Of a stretch of DNA of 64,000 nt, positions 1 through 12,739 are shown in pieces. The stretch's first letter is position 1; each line of letters opens with the position of its first letter. Below the pieces are notes generated by a model, which was not told the DNA's origin, did no database searches, and saw only the letters and a program-made list of their open reading frames with translations. The stretch is from Eledone cirrhosa (lineage: Eukaryota), in contig OZ024741.1 of the NCBI GenBank assembly GCA_964016885.1, forward strand, positions 92,442,001-92,506,000, read 5' to 3'. The translations under genes were made by a program, and so were the position numbers.

Positions 1-1520
1 CTTAGAAGGGTGATGACTGGAATGTTTTTGATCTTAGGTCTTCTCGCTCAAGGTTATTCTAGGCTTAAGTAATAAAGACACTAGACCTATCTAATAAATA
101 CGACAAGAGATACCAAGGAGCCGAGTTCGTGATTCGGCGAGGCTTGTTCTCTTCTGAAACCCCTTCGGGGTCTCGGGATACGCGATCTTTGAGCCTCCAT
201 CCCACGCCTCTCAGAACAGGTCGCAGGCCCATCGCCAGTTTACGGCATGAAATGGAGACTGCAATATATTTTTCGAACAGGTCCCGCTACCTAAGGCCTG
301 GACGAATCCCTTATTAACCCGCGCGAAAGACGATGTGGTATGATTCTTTTTCTTACCGCTCACCATATTTCAGTTTTGGTAGTCTTATTCGCGCCAGTCA
401 GCAATCTGGTACTTTCCAAACCCGCGAAAACTAGGCTCTTTTAGATACGGCCTTTACTCGGCTTGTCATAGCTACATCACTGGGTTGTGAGAGTTTTCTT
501 AGGAGCTACAGGTGTCACCCATTGTTCTATATCCCCAAGTAGTTTACTGCTATTGGACTGGGATTGTATATTCGTCCGGCAGCTGCCCTCTTATATCGCA
601 ACTAACCATCATGTCTGGTGGCCGTATCGCTATCCGCCACCTGTACCCCGTTCTCTAACAGAACAGCTCTATAGGATAACTTTGATCGGACGAGCTCAGT
701 AAACAGAAGGGTGCTACACTCGTTGTAGCTTTCAGTTTTCTGCTTTCGATACGGGTGCGTGCCTGGATGCCCTATATGTCTGCCGGCGAGTTCTCGATCT
801 GCCAACGCCGCCGCCCCATGCGCCCTACCCACACATTAGCGCCCGTATCCGACGCCACCGCGTATACGTCGTTCCTTTTTCGGTCTCCCGCCCGCCACAT
901 GTCATCTTTCACCGCTGGAGTACCACCAATACCACATCCGCCGCCGACAACACGCGTCATCCGAGATGAAGTCTTGGGCTTTTCGCCGCCTACCTCGCCT
1001 TCGTTCGTGATTCGTATTTCATATAATTTCGTTGACTCTTATATAGTTGTTTGAAGATGCATGACTTAGTTCACAATTGCAAGGTCGTGAGTACAATTTG
1101 GTGGTGCGTTGTGTCCTTGAGCTAGATACATTATTTAACGTTGCTCTGGTTGACTCAATAGCAAAAAAATTGGTTGCGGCGACATTGGTGTCAAGATGTA
1201 TCGGGATTTGCTTTTCGCTTGGACAACATCGGTGTCATGAAGAGGGTAAGTGATATATACAAAAACACCTTGTCATACACACAAACGCACACACACACAC
1301 AAACGCACACACACACACACACACATACATGAATGTGTGTGTGCGTGTGTGTGCATAAGTGTATCTTTCTCTTAGACAACACCAGTGGTATGGTGAGGGG
1401 AAACAATTATGCATTGGAGATTAATGATCTTTCCACAAAAATCCTTGCTTTGGTTTACATCTTAGAGAGGAACTTTCCAGGTACAAACTCATAGTCAGTC
1501 ATGACCGAAGAGACATGAGG

Positions 1521-1647
<127 letters not shown>

Positions 1648-2317
1648 TTTGTACTAATATAATATAGTAGCCGTGTGTATTTGCCCGTAACGTAGTAGAG
1701 ATGACTGAGGAAGGAGGAGGAGATGACAAACTTCAGAAAGCAGCGTCTAACATTCGCTACACCTGTGTGTATATGTATAGTGAATTGGTTACATCCATTG
1801 GCTGTTATGATTACGTGAGTGTCTGTGTGTGTGTATATGTGTGTTTGTGTAAATTATATTTATATATATAATATTTGTCGGAGTGTATGTGTTTGTGTAA
1901 AATATATTTATATATAATATTTGTGTGTTTGTGTGTGTTTATTTAGATAGATGCATAGACAATAGAATTACAAACACACATGCATCTACACATACATATA
2001 TATAAACAGACACACTTAGAAAAATAATTATTTCATACACACACATCTATGTGATGACTGAGGAAGTTTTGAGTGCTGAGAAACTATAGAACTCCAGCGT
2101 TCTAAGATTCGTCACGGCTATGTGAGTGAAGGAACCAACCAGCAAACAAACATCTCTTTTTTTATATTATGTATATATATTACAATTAGCCGCCATTTTA
2201 ACGGCACGGAGCCATCTATACTTATAATGTAGAAGTAATTTGCCGCTGTGTTGAGTATATGACGTAGATTCGATTCCCTGTTGTGATTAATTTAGCTTGG
2301 TGGATTGGCAGTATCGG

Positions 2318-2480
2318 TAGAGGGTCGGACGCCATGCTTTGAAGCATAGAGTTACGTCCCTTTATCTTATTTCAAATCCCGCCGAGGTTAACTTTGCCTT
2401 TCATCCTTACGGGGTCGATAAAATAAAGTACCAGTAATGCACTGGGTAATTGTGGCCTTGTGCCAAAAGTAGAAACAATT
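2318..2480 (+). mobile_element. tRNA-derived SINE, abundant family with central GCCTTTCATCCTTACGGGGTCGATAAAATAAAGTACCAG domain
   Basis: A-box-like TGGCAGTATCGG and B-box-like TTCAAATCC. Related copies recur at about 5395-5555(-), 8045-8240(+), 12400-12540(-), 20685-20880(-), 23023-23215(+), 32905-33095(+), 46120-46230(-), 48587-48690(-), 56248-56675(+, two copies) and 58075-58340(-). Confidence 0.85.
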
Positions 2481-3329
2481 AATTTAGCTTCACGAACGTC
2501 ATTAATTCTTTTGAAAACAGCACGAACATCACACTATGTTATTTCGACATCTCTTATAAGTCTAAAATGCTGTTCCGGTATAAGAAAACTATGCTTTATC
2601 AATTGTATATATATAAAAGTTATTGCTGGCAGTAAGAATGACTAATTACACAAGCTAATCCCAAAATAATAGACATTCTATGCATAATTTTATGTCTTTG
2701 TTCCGTTTTAAATATAGCTTTTCCTACAGCAATGAATAGAACTATTGTTGTCAGTAAACTGCTAGCTACATAGTAAACTGTAATTAACAATAAAATGTCT
2801 GGTACATAGCAATATACATAATTTTGAACATAACAAAGAAGGCTTAAATCAAGATTCTTTCAAGTTCTTACGACATCGAATTAGCAGAACAGTTTGAGCA
2901 TCGGTATTAGTTCCGGCTCTCTGCACTCTGATTTCAAATCCTGTTCAGGTCAATGATATCTTTTATTCTTTCGGGATTGATAAATAAAGTACTAGTCCAG
3001 GGGCGATGGATTGACGGAATTGTTAAAGTATCTGACGGAATACTTTGCAGTATTTGTTTTGGCTCTGTGCGTTCTGAGTTTAAATATCGCCTCCTGTGAA
3101 TGGAAGAGTGGTGACGATTCTGCCAGGAATTATCACTCACACTAAGTATAAGCAATGAAAAGACCAACGGAAGCAGTTTTCCTGGTCCGATCTGGATATT
3201 GGCTTCTCTCTAAATGTCGACAACAGAAATAGAAACGGTAAATTATCTGACTAAAAGCTTAAAACCCGTTCGCTACTACATTTCTAATGTCTATAGTTTT
3301 CAAATAATTTTGAAAATAATCAAGAATTT

Positions 3330-5206
3330 AGGAGATTGCGAGGATTCACATCTGAACCCCAGACGCCTTCTTGATAGCAGGTGCGAAGGAGGGCTTCTTA
3401 TTACGAAGTCGGCGGATAGGCTAGCAGAACACTTTATTTGCTGATCTGAAGTCGGATTCCAGCTTAACCCCAAAGTCCTCCCAAGTCTTAACCATGGACG
3501 CCTTTACTGTCTCTGCTGCGATTCTTCGTGCCTGCTTGTACCGCAAGTGCAAGAAGGAGGTCTGATTTCCAAGCCAAGTGGTGACTAATCTCACAGAGGC
3601 TGAGGTCACAAGAACAATTAAAGTGCTCAAATGTGGCATGGCTTATGGGGAGGATGGAATTCGGCCCGAGAAGTGAAAAGCCATAAATAGAGAAGGTATT
3701 CTCTGGCTGACTCATGTATGCCAGGTGACCAGCATCTCTGAAAAGTCATCTAAGCAATGGCAATCGGGAGTGATAATCCCAATTTTCAAAAAGGAAGACA
3801 AGAAAGATTGTTCCAATTACAGAAGGATCTTCTTGTTAAGCCTCCTCTGTAAAGTCAATGCTAACTGTCTGGCAAAGAGATGCAGGGAGATTGTTGAGTC
3901 CAAGCTTAGTGATGAACAGAGTGATTTTCGCGCCGTACGCTGCACAGCCGAACAAATATTCACACAGCGGCAGGTATTCGAGAAATCATGGGAGTATTGC
4001 TAAGAAGAATATTCTTGTTTTGTCGACCATGAGAAGGCATATGAGCGCGTTCCTTGGGGCTTGCTGTGGAAGGCTGTGCAAGAGTATGGGATTGATGGTC
4101 AGCTCCTTGTTGCCCTGATGCCTCTATAGGAATGCTCGAGTATTTGTATTCGGATAAATGGTGCTAAATCAAAACCATTCAATGTGGGAGTCGGACTCCA
4201 CCAAGGGTGCGTACCTCTCCTGTTTATTATTTACATGAACGGGATTGACATGCGCAGCCAGGCTGGGAGTAGTATCATGACTGGTGAGTGTAAAATCAGT
4301 CGGCTGGAATTTGCAGACGACGTGGTGTTATTTAACTCGATAGAAGATTATCTTCGACTTGCACCGAGTGCTCCATGGCTGGAGTGAAAATCAGTGTTGC
4401 GAAAACCTAGACACTCGTCCACCAAAGGAAGCCTGCGCAATGCACGCTACATGTGAATGGAGTTCTGAAATAGGCAGAAAAGTTCAAGTAACTTGGGGCC
4501 GTGTTCACGAATGATGGAAGGCAGAAAGCTGAATTAAGTACAAGAATTGCAAAAGCTGGAGCAGTAATGCGCCAGCTTCAGCATTGAGTAATCAGAAGAA
4601 GAGAGGTAAGTGTAAAAGCCAAGCTCGTTATCTTCAATTCGGTTTTCGTGCCAACTCTTAACTATGGTCAAGAATATGGGGTAATGACCGAAAGAATACG
4701 ATTGCGAATACAAGCGGCCGAAATGGGATTTCTCTGAGGGTTTTTGGAGTAACGTTACTCGATAAAGTGCGTAGCGCGGAGATCAGAGATTCACTCCAGG
4801 TAGAGATGCTATTTCTCCGAATTGAGAGATCACAGCTCCGATACTATGGGTATGTGGTTAGAATGTCTCAGGAAAGAATCGCTGGACAGATTTTATGGGA
4901 AAAACCAACCGACAGGAGACCTAGTGGTAGACCCCGAGCAAGATGGTTGGATAACATCCATGACCTTAGCTGATCTAGCTTGGGGATCCAGCCGAATCAG
5001 TTGGAGACGGTTGCTTCTGACAGAACCCGCTAAAGGGAGTGTTTGAGGACTCATCCCCCACGACCCGCGCAGGAATAAGTGGGAGAAGAAGAAGAAGAAG
5101 AAGAAGAAGAAGAAGAAGAAGAAGAAGAAGAAGAAGAAGAAGAAGAAGAAGAAGAAGAAGAAGAAGAAGAAGAAGAAGAAGAAGAAGAAGAAGAAGAAGA
5201 AGAAGA
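3330..5206 (+). mobile_element. Degenerate 5'-truncated RTE-clade LINE (Expander/Rex3-like) with an inverted 5' segment and a (GAA)n tail
   Basis: Fragmented RT motifs WQSGVIIPIFKK..CSNYR, VGLHQGC..PLLFIIYM, LEFADDVV, C-terminal IERSQLRYYGYVVRM..GRPRARWLD, then a GAA repeat. The 3330-3575 segment encodes upstream RTE sequence on the minus strand. Confidence 0.9.
5085..5206 (+). repeat. (GAA)n tail of the RTE element
   Basis: Pure GAA run directly after the RTE 3' end. The same tail type is seen on the minus-strand copy at about 57299. Confidence 0.95.
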
Positions 5207-5655
5207 CTTGTACATTTACCCATCTATGTATAAATAGGCCCGTAATTTCTGGAGTCGTAGGAGCGCCGTCGTGTCATGGGAACTTTAAACCTCGCGGAGT
5301 CCATCTCTTCTTCAGATCTAAATACAGCCTATTTCTTCAAGACGAGGAAAGATGGGGCGTGAAAGGGGAAGTGCGAAAGAAATATAGAAGAAGAATTGAC
5401 TCCAGTATTGGACTGGTACCTTTTTTATTGACCTCAAAAGGATGAAGAGCATGGTTGATCTTAGCGGGATTTAAATTCAGAGAGCGCATGGGGTGGTAAC
5501 GAATAACGCAAAGCACTTTATCCGACGCTCAGAAAACACAGCCAATTCGTCGCACATATATTTATACATACACCACTCCATTCCTTTCGCTATATATTTG
5601 TGATCCGTACCAATCAACAACTCGTTCATACTATAAAATAATTTACCCTATCCAG

Positions 5656-5793
5656 GTGGCCATCTCAACCCAGCAGTAACACTTGCATGTTGTTTAGAAA
5701 AGAAGACATCTTGGAAGAAACTACCTTTCTACTGGGTTTCACAGTTCTTTGGTGCAGTTCTGGCGGCGGTACTCCAATACGGAATTTGCTATG
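5656..5793 (+). CDS. Aquaglyceroporin (AQP3/7/9/10-like), exon carrying the first NPA motif
   Basis: ccag|GT...TATG|gtaag splice sites. 138 bp, phase 1/1. Translates (G)GHLNPAVTLACCLEKKTSWKKLPFYWVSQFFGAVLAAVLQYGICY, matching MIP loop B/TM3. Confidence 0.93.
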
Positions 5794-5841
5794 GTAAGAT
5801 AAATCAAATAAACAGAGAGAGAGAGAGAAACAGACACACAG

Positions 5842-5914
<73 letters not shown>

Positions 5915-5924
5915 CACACACACT

Positions 5925-5977
<53 letters not shown>

Positions 5978-6027
5978 TTATTTATATGTATGTATGTGTA
6001 TATATATAAATATGTGTATATATATGT

Positions 6028-6064
<37 letters not shown>

Positions 6065-6089
6065 ATACATATATATATATATATACATG

Positions 6090-6740
6090 CATGAGACCTT
6101 CAGTAGACAACTGATGAGGAGCCCCTCGTTCTTGCTTTCTTCTTATTCTCATTCCATTTTTAAGCCTACCTTAACTAGTAACTACACAGCCAATCCTATT
6201 CTCCATATATTTTATCATGTTTCGCTGTGACCCGTCTTCTCTCTCCTACCTACCTATTTCATTTCTATCTACTCTTCCCCCTCTTTCTTCCTCTCCCTTT
6301 CTCCCTCTCACTTTCACTCACCCTCTCTCTGCCAGCCATCTCATTGTTTCCCTCGCCTGACCCTCTAGCAGTCCTTTTCTCGCTTACACTCGCTGGGGTC
6401 AGACGTGTCTTTTCGTTCGCCCACACGCTCTCGAACTTACGTTCAGTTATCGATGTAGTCTTCGATTTTCTTACCTTAAGTTGCTCGCATATTCTTCAGT
6501 TTAATGTTTTTTTCGCTGTTTTTCTCTTTTCTTCCCTTTTTTCCCTTTTCCCTTCTATTTTCCTTCCCTCCCTCCTCCGTTTTCCCAATAACTTACCCAG
6601 TTATTGAATGCTCTGGGCGGTAGATATATTGTCTTTAAAGCGTTGAAATATCTGACACCCTCAATAAACAACTGATGAGGGAAACTCCCCCCCCCCCCCT
6701 CCGTTCTTGCTTTCTTCTTATTCTCATTCCATTTTAAAGT
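6090..6740 (+). mobile_element. PLE-like pseudo-LTR remnant with a partial direct repeat
   Basis: CAACTGATGAGG...CGTTCTTGCTTTCTTCTTATTCTCATTCCATTTT is repeated at about 6107-6165 and 6669-6737. Flanked by TA microsatellites. Confidence 0.45.
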
Positions 6741-6897
6741 CTATATATATATATATATATATAGTGGTAGAACACTGGAAGGTAATATCCGTAGTGGTAG
6801 AGCACTCGGTCCATGGGACGAGTTAGGTAGAAGTGGTTACACAACAGTTAGTTCACCATACCGAGAACAATTGTTTCCCCTTAGCGGATCCTCGTTC

Positions 6898-7017
6898 TGC
6901 TCTGAAGACACGGTAGGAGAAGCAGCATTTGAAAATTGAGTATCTGCAAATAAATAACTACCAATTTGCATATAGCATGACTAGGCTGTGTAAATACTGT
7001 TGAAACATTTGTAAGCA
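6898..7017 (+). ncRNA. Hammerhead-like motif with an ~93-nt stem II insertion, in a PLE terminal remnant (6762-7070)
   Basis: tgct-CTGAAGA(6902-6908)...acggta/tactgt...GAAA(7002-7005)-cattt-GTA-agca, followed by AATAAA and (TA)n. Confidence 0.55.
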
Positions 7018-7444
7018 CTCGGAATAAATTTCATTTTTATGATGTCTACCTGTTTTATTATTCATTCTTTATATATATATATATAAATGAAAGTATAGAA
7101 ATTGTTGTGAGCGTGGAGCCAACAGTATTTCATAATATATAAGTGACTATAACGTCAAAATGGAAAAATAGTTAACGTAAGATGTGGGAAAATAATGCAA
7201 ACTCAATTCCAAAAAAAAAAAAATCAAACATAGATTTATCCACAGAATTTTGTGAAATCCAGGGAAAAATCAATAGAGCCTTAACTCAGAATAAAATAAA
7301 GTTTAAATACTCATCCTTCAATTTGGAAAAACTACAAATGCGCTCTGTATAGTCTTAAAAAGACTATTTCACGAAACTTTCAGTGGGGATGGTCACGGTT
7401 GGAATCGATCATCAGCAGAACTCAAAAACACGATAACCCTAGGC

Positions 7445-7503
<59 letters not shown>

Positions 7504-8888
7504 TTGCAAGGTTTTTGATATGAAATCGTGTGTCGAAACAAATATTGTTATACTTGGGGAGGGTCATATTGTTGTAATAATATTGTTGTACTTGAGGAGG
7601 GTCATTTTGTTGTAATAATATTGCCAGAAATAATAACAGAACACACTCACTGTTTAGTTGGTTTTCGCTTCTGTATCTTTTATATCTCCATAGTTAATTT
7701 ATTTGGCAATCAACGTTTATCATTGAATGACCAACGGTTAAAAATACAGATATAAATAAATATATATATATAGTCTATCAAAGTTCTTTCGTTGCACATC
7801 TGCAACATCATCAGTGGTACTATTATTATGTTCCCTCCTATTGTATTGTAATGTCTCCGCCATTTTAATTTTACTTATTTATTTATTTATTTCTTCTTGT
7901 CTCCGTCTCTGCGCATGCGTTTGCGTGTGTGTATAATGTTTGGTGTGTGTGTTTGCGTTTGAGTATGTGTTTTGGTTTTTGTATTCTATATTTGTTTACT
8001 AGTGTGTGTTTATATGTGTTTCTTGTTATTATTTCTGGCAATAGTGTCGGACGCCATGCTTTGTAGCATAGAGTTACGGCTCTTTATGATCTGAGTTCAA
8101 ATCCCGCCGAGGCTAACTTTGCCTTTCATCCTTATGGGGTCGATAAAATAAAGTACCAGTCACGCACTGGGATCGATTTAATCGACTTTCCCCTCCCCCC
8201 AAATTACTGGCTTTGTGCCTATATAAGAAACCATTATTTCTGGCAATATTATCACAATATGATCCTTCCCAAGCATAAAAATTAAATATATCTTTGATAG
8301 TCATAATAAAGTTTTAAGGTAGAATTTAAAGTTAAGATTAAAAATGTAAAATTTAAGTTTAAAATTGAAAGATTTAATTAAAGAATTGGGAGAAGGAAGC
8401 AATTATGTAAAAATTAAATATATGTTTGATAGTCGCGTTCCATCACTGTGTGTTTGTGATGTGGAGAAATGGCTTGTCTTTCGTTAGATACTGGAATAAT
8501 GGCTTCACAGTCACCGCAGGTTCATAAACCGGCAAACAATTCCGAGTAAAATCTCATATCGGGAATAAGGAAATTTCTATTATTTCCAAGCACTCCAGGA
8601 AACGCTCACAGGTTCCTGTCCTACGTGACCAGACGAGTCAGACAGTTATGTTAATGATTCTAAAGATAGAGTAGTGTAAAGCTGGGACGTAAAAAACAAA
8701 ACAAAATTAAATTAAATTAAACTAGATTAGATCATTATCTAGCTTTGGGGTCTTTGCATTGATCGATATTATATTCCTAGGGGTGTGAAATAATTCTGAA
8801 CTACATTATATAAAAGAGTGCGATTTGGCGGTCAATAACCAGTGACGTGACGATCTCCCGGTCTACCCAAGGTTCAAGGGCCTACCAA

Positions 8889-8942
<54 letters not shown>

Positions 8943-8946
<4 letters not shown>

Positions 8947-9152
8947 CGAAGGAAATGTGGTAAGGAACCAGATGGACCATAACGCACCAAAGTACTCAAT
9001 ACTTAGGGTAGTAGAGTGGGTAATAGGAACGAGTAGGACCCCGACGGCTGAGCTCAAGCCGTTTCGACGGCTAATTCTGGACTAAATCATTTAGTTCAGA
9101 ATTAGCCGTCGAAACGGCTTGAGCTCAGCCGTCGGGGTCCTACTCGTTCCTA
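8943..9152. mobile_element. Terminal fragment of an unclassified TA-inserted element with a foldback (arms about 9022-9087 and 9089-9152)
   Basis: Near-perfect palindrome centred at about 9088. The same sequences occur at both ends of the element at 12740-13983. Confidence 0.6.
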
Positions 9153-9177
9153 TATATATATATATATATATATTTTA

Positions 9178-9605
9178 CTTGCCTGTAAAATCTGACCAGT
9201 GATTCTTTCCTGAGGCATTCTAACCACATGCCCATAGTATCGGAGAAGTAGCATCTGTACCTGGAGTGAATGTCTGATCTCTGTGCTATGCACTTTATCG
9301 AGTAACGTTACTCCAAAGATCCTTTGGATGAACCCCATTTCGGCCGCTTGTATTTGCAGTCGTATTCTTTTCGTCATTACCCTAGATTCATGACCCTAGG
9401 TAAGGATTGGTAGGAATACCAGGAAGACAGTGAGTTTCGCTTTTACATCTACTGATTACTGATTACTGATGCTGAAGCTGGCGCATTACTGCATCAGCTC
9501 CTGCAATTATTGCACTTAATTCAGCCTCCTGCCTTCCATCACTCATGAACGTGGCCCCAAGATACTTGAACTTCTCTACCTGCTTCAATGGAATTCCATT
9601 CACAT
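9178..9605 (-). mobile_element. RTE LINE fragment, same family as 3330-5206
   Basis: Minus-strand ORFs read LKQVEKFKYLGATFMSDG and MTKRIRLQIQAAEMGF..RYYGHVVRM. Confidence 0.85.
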
Positions 9606-9779
9606 GTATATAAATTTGAGGGACTTCTGTCCATCCGTCCATCACACAATGTGTGTGTGTGTGTAAAAGGAAGGAATGGGATACACACATATATATGTCT
9701 CTAACTTAAAAACGGTGACATACACACGTCTCTAATTTAAGAACGCCGGCAAACTCACGCCCCAGCACCTACACATACT

Positions 9780-10400
9780 GTCCTATTACCACTTAAGAGT
9801 TTTGTCCCGGGCAAACATCCCCTCAATTTTGGAACCGTCTGGGTTGTCCTGAGTTGATGGGAAAATACTTGACGGTCTTATCCTGTGCTCCTGGTCAAGA
9901 GCCTTACCTGGGGCGTCACAGTTAGTGACTCTTTTGCTTCTTTCCACATCCTGGATGCAGTGGTAAGGGCGATGGCTATAGCATCCGCAGCTGGACGGAA
10001 CAAAATCCTAAAATACCGTGAGCTGTCGGCTAACTACATTTTCCAGCTTGTAATGTTCCAGGCGTTTGGGGAAGTCGGGCTACTGACAGTGAGGTTCTTA
10101 TCTTCACCGGCGGCTCACCTGACCGAGGTAACTGATGATGCATGTGAGGGCGCTTGGTTGTTCCAGCACCTCGGCCTCACCATCACCCGAGGTAATGCTG
10201 CGAGCGTGCCTGCTTGCCTCAAAAATTATTAGAGAGGTTTCCCAGTGCTTCTCGCTATATTGTTATCTTTTGCTCTGGTAGCGGCTCGTTTGTCCACCCC
10301 TTTCACCTGCCTTTTGTTGTATGTGGTCCCAGATGTGTGATTGTTTCTTTTCTCTTTTATTTTTCCTTTCTTTTTTTAAAGCATGGGTACAATTGAAGCT
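9780..10400 (+). mobile_element. 3' end of a CRE-like (RLE-type) non-LTR retrotransposon
   Basis: DGK..DGL..W..KSLTWGVTVSDSF..KILKYREL..QAFG..LFQHLGLTITRGNAASV, a restriction-like endonuclease C-terminus. A second short copy lies at about 22285-22430. Confidence 0.7.
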
Positions 10401-10585
10401 GTTAGTGCGTGTTGCTGTTCAGATTTATCGTTCCGTTGTTGTTTTCATAAGGTTTGGTCGTTTTGACTGGGTGGTGGTAGTTATGGCAGTTGATGTTGTT
10501 TGGCTTGTTATCGTTTTGATGTTGTTATTGTTGTTGATGTAGATAAATATATCCACCCTTACTTGTTGTTTGTTTTCCTCTACAG

Positions 10586-10692
10586 ATGTAATTCAACAAT
10601 TTGATGGCAATGTTAGAAACCAAACAACAGCCGCTATATTTGTTACATACCCACCAACATTTACCAACACATATGTAGGCTTGTTCAATCAG
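10586..10692 (+). CDS. Aquaglyceroporin loop C exon
   Basis: tacag|AT...CAG|gtcagt. 107 bp, phase 1/0. Translates (D)VIQQFDGNVRNQTTAAIFVTYPPTFTNTYVGLFNQ, containing the glyceroporin TAxIFxTYP signature. In frame with both flanking exons. Confidence 0.92.
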
Positions 10693-10769
10693 GTCAGTGC
10701 TCTGTCCTCTATCTTTCAATACATTGTAATAAGTCCTGTAATACATGTTTGCTTAAATGTTATATGTGG

Positions 10770-11480
10770 GTGGAGCACGGCTGAGTGATTAAACAGTTTG
10801 CTTCGCAATCATAAGATTCGATCCCACTGTGAGACATGTTGGAGAAGTATCACTAACCATAGACTCGGATCAACCAAAGCCTTGTGAGTGAAACTGAATA
10901 GACGGGAATTGTTTGGAAACCCGTCAGATTGACTGTACCTGTAATTCAAAGGACCAGCCTTGGCACACACTATGCCACCCCGAATCTCTCTGAGAATTAC
11001 GTTAATGGTACACGTATTTATGGAAAGATCAGCCACTTATACGTTAATTTCAAGAGAAGGCTGTTCGTCTGATCAAACAACTGGAACACATCTCGTCGAA
11101 ACCGACAGATTTCCAAACAAGAAGAAATGTTATATGTAGAAAACATATGTGAAGATGCGTGGCTTAGTAGACAAGGTGTTCGGCTCACGACCTTACGGTC
11201 GTCAGCTCGATTCTTAGCGGTGCGTTGTGTCTTTGTACAATATACTATACTTAATATAGTTCCAGCCCACTGAGCTGGGTGAAAATGAGTTGTGCCGTGC
11301 ATGAATTCAAGTGATCATCCTCGTCTTATACTAAGTTTCGCTGAATCCCTCTCAAAACTACATTAAGGATATACGTGTCAGTAGAATGCTCAGCCACTTG
11401 CACATTAGTTTCATGAGCAGGTTGCTCAGCTGTTTAAACAACTGGAACACTCATCGTCGGAACGAACGAAGGTCCAACAC
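10770..11480 (+). mobile_element. Two degenerate tRNA-derived SINEs of other families
   Basis: tRNA-like heads GGCTGAGTGATTAA..TTCGATCCC and GGCTTAGTAG..CTCGATTC, plus a shared 3' tail (CAGCCACTT..ACGTTAATTTCA..CTGGAAC) also seen near 46570-46670 and 56110-56220. Confidence 0.55.
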
Positions 11481-11747
11481 ATACAAGCAAAACATATTTA
11501 ACTTTTGTGATACTAAACTGCCTGATCCAAAACTTTGTTTTAAAGAGTCCAATCTTTTATATATTACTAAATTTCTGCGATTGCTTGCTTGTCTGTAATG
11601 TAATACAGCCAAAAGGGCGCATAATGGGAAAATGCTTTGAAAGGAAATTGACTCTGAAATGGGAATACAAATGGAATAAAACAGGTTTCGCGTAAATCAA
11701 AGCACGGGTTCCCGAGATATGGAGTTTTTCAGGGTACCTTCATAAAC

Positions 11748-11827
<80 letters not shown>

Positions 11828-12027
11828 TGGCTGTGAGAGAGTAGATTGAAAGAGAGACATAGAGAGAGGGAGAGGAGATAGAGAAGGAGAATGGAAGAGA
11901 GAAAGCTGGTGGTGTTGTTGTGTGTATGTATATATATATATATATGTGTGAGTGCGTGTGTATATATATGTGTGTGTATATATGTGTGTGTGTCTATGAC
12001 CAGTGTATATAGATCACAGACACCCAC

Positions 12028-12061
<34 letters not shown>

Positions 12062-12739
12062 GCATACATATATATATATTTTTTTTTCATACAAACGCAC
12101 GCATTTATATATATACATACACACACGTATATATATGGGCCTTCCAGTTTCACATTATATACATTATATACATTTCACATTATATACATTTCACATTATA
12201 TACATGTCTGTGTATATTTTTATTATTTAAAAAAATTATTTTTCAGTGAACATGATTTTTTTTTTATATTTTGAAGCGAACGTGACCCAACGGTCACGTG
12301 TGGTCTAGTATTTATCTAAAACCTTGTCTCCATCATAATTCTATGTAAGAATATTTGTTAAGTTATGTTCCAGACACCAGCGTAATAATGATTTCTACTT
12401 TATGCGCAAGACCTGCAGTTTGAGGGGAACGGGAAAATCGATTAAATTGATACCGGTAAATAACTGGTACTTTAATTTATCGACCTTGGAAGGATGAAAG
12501 CAAAGTTGACTTCGATGAGATTTGAACTCAGAACGATAAACGACTATAACTGGCATCTTCGACAGTAACATTTTCCTTATCCTCTGGATGACCCACGTCT
12601 TAGGCGTGAAATTGATTAAACCGACACTGTTTTGAAGCTCGTCGTATAGAAATGTATATATATACACACACACGCATGCACAGACAGACACACACACACA
12701 CAGACTACATAAACATCATATATATATATATGTATGTAT

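Noticed and set aside
1-1050. GC-richer stretch with short ORFs, possibly the 5' part of a minus-strand retroelement
   Set aside because: No motif could be assigned with confidence, and no aquaporin exon 1 or 2 was recognised.
4975-5233. Poly-Arg and poly-Leu ORFs
   Set aside because: Translations of the (GAA)n RTE tail.
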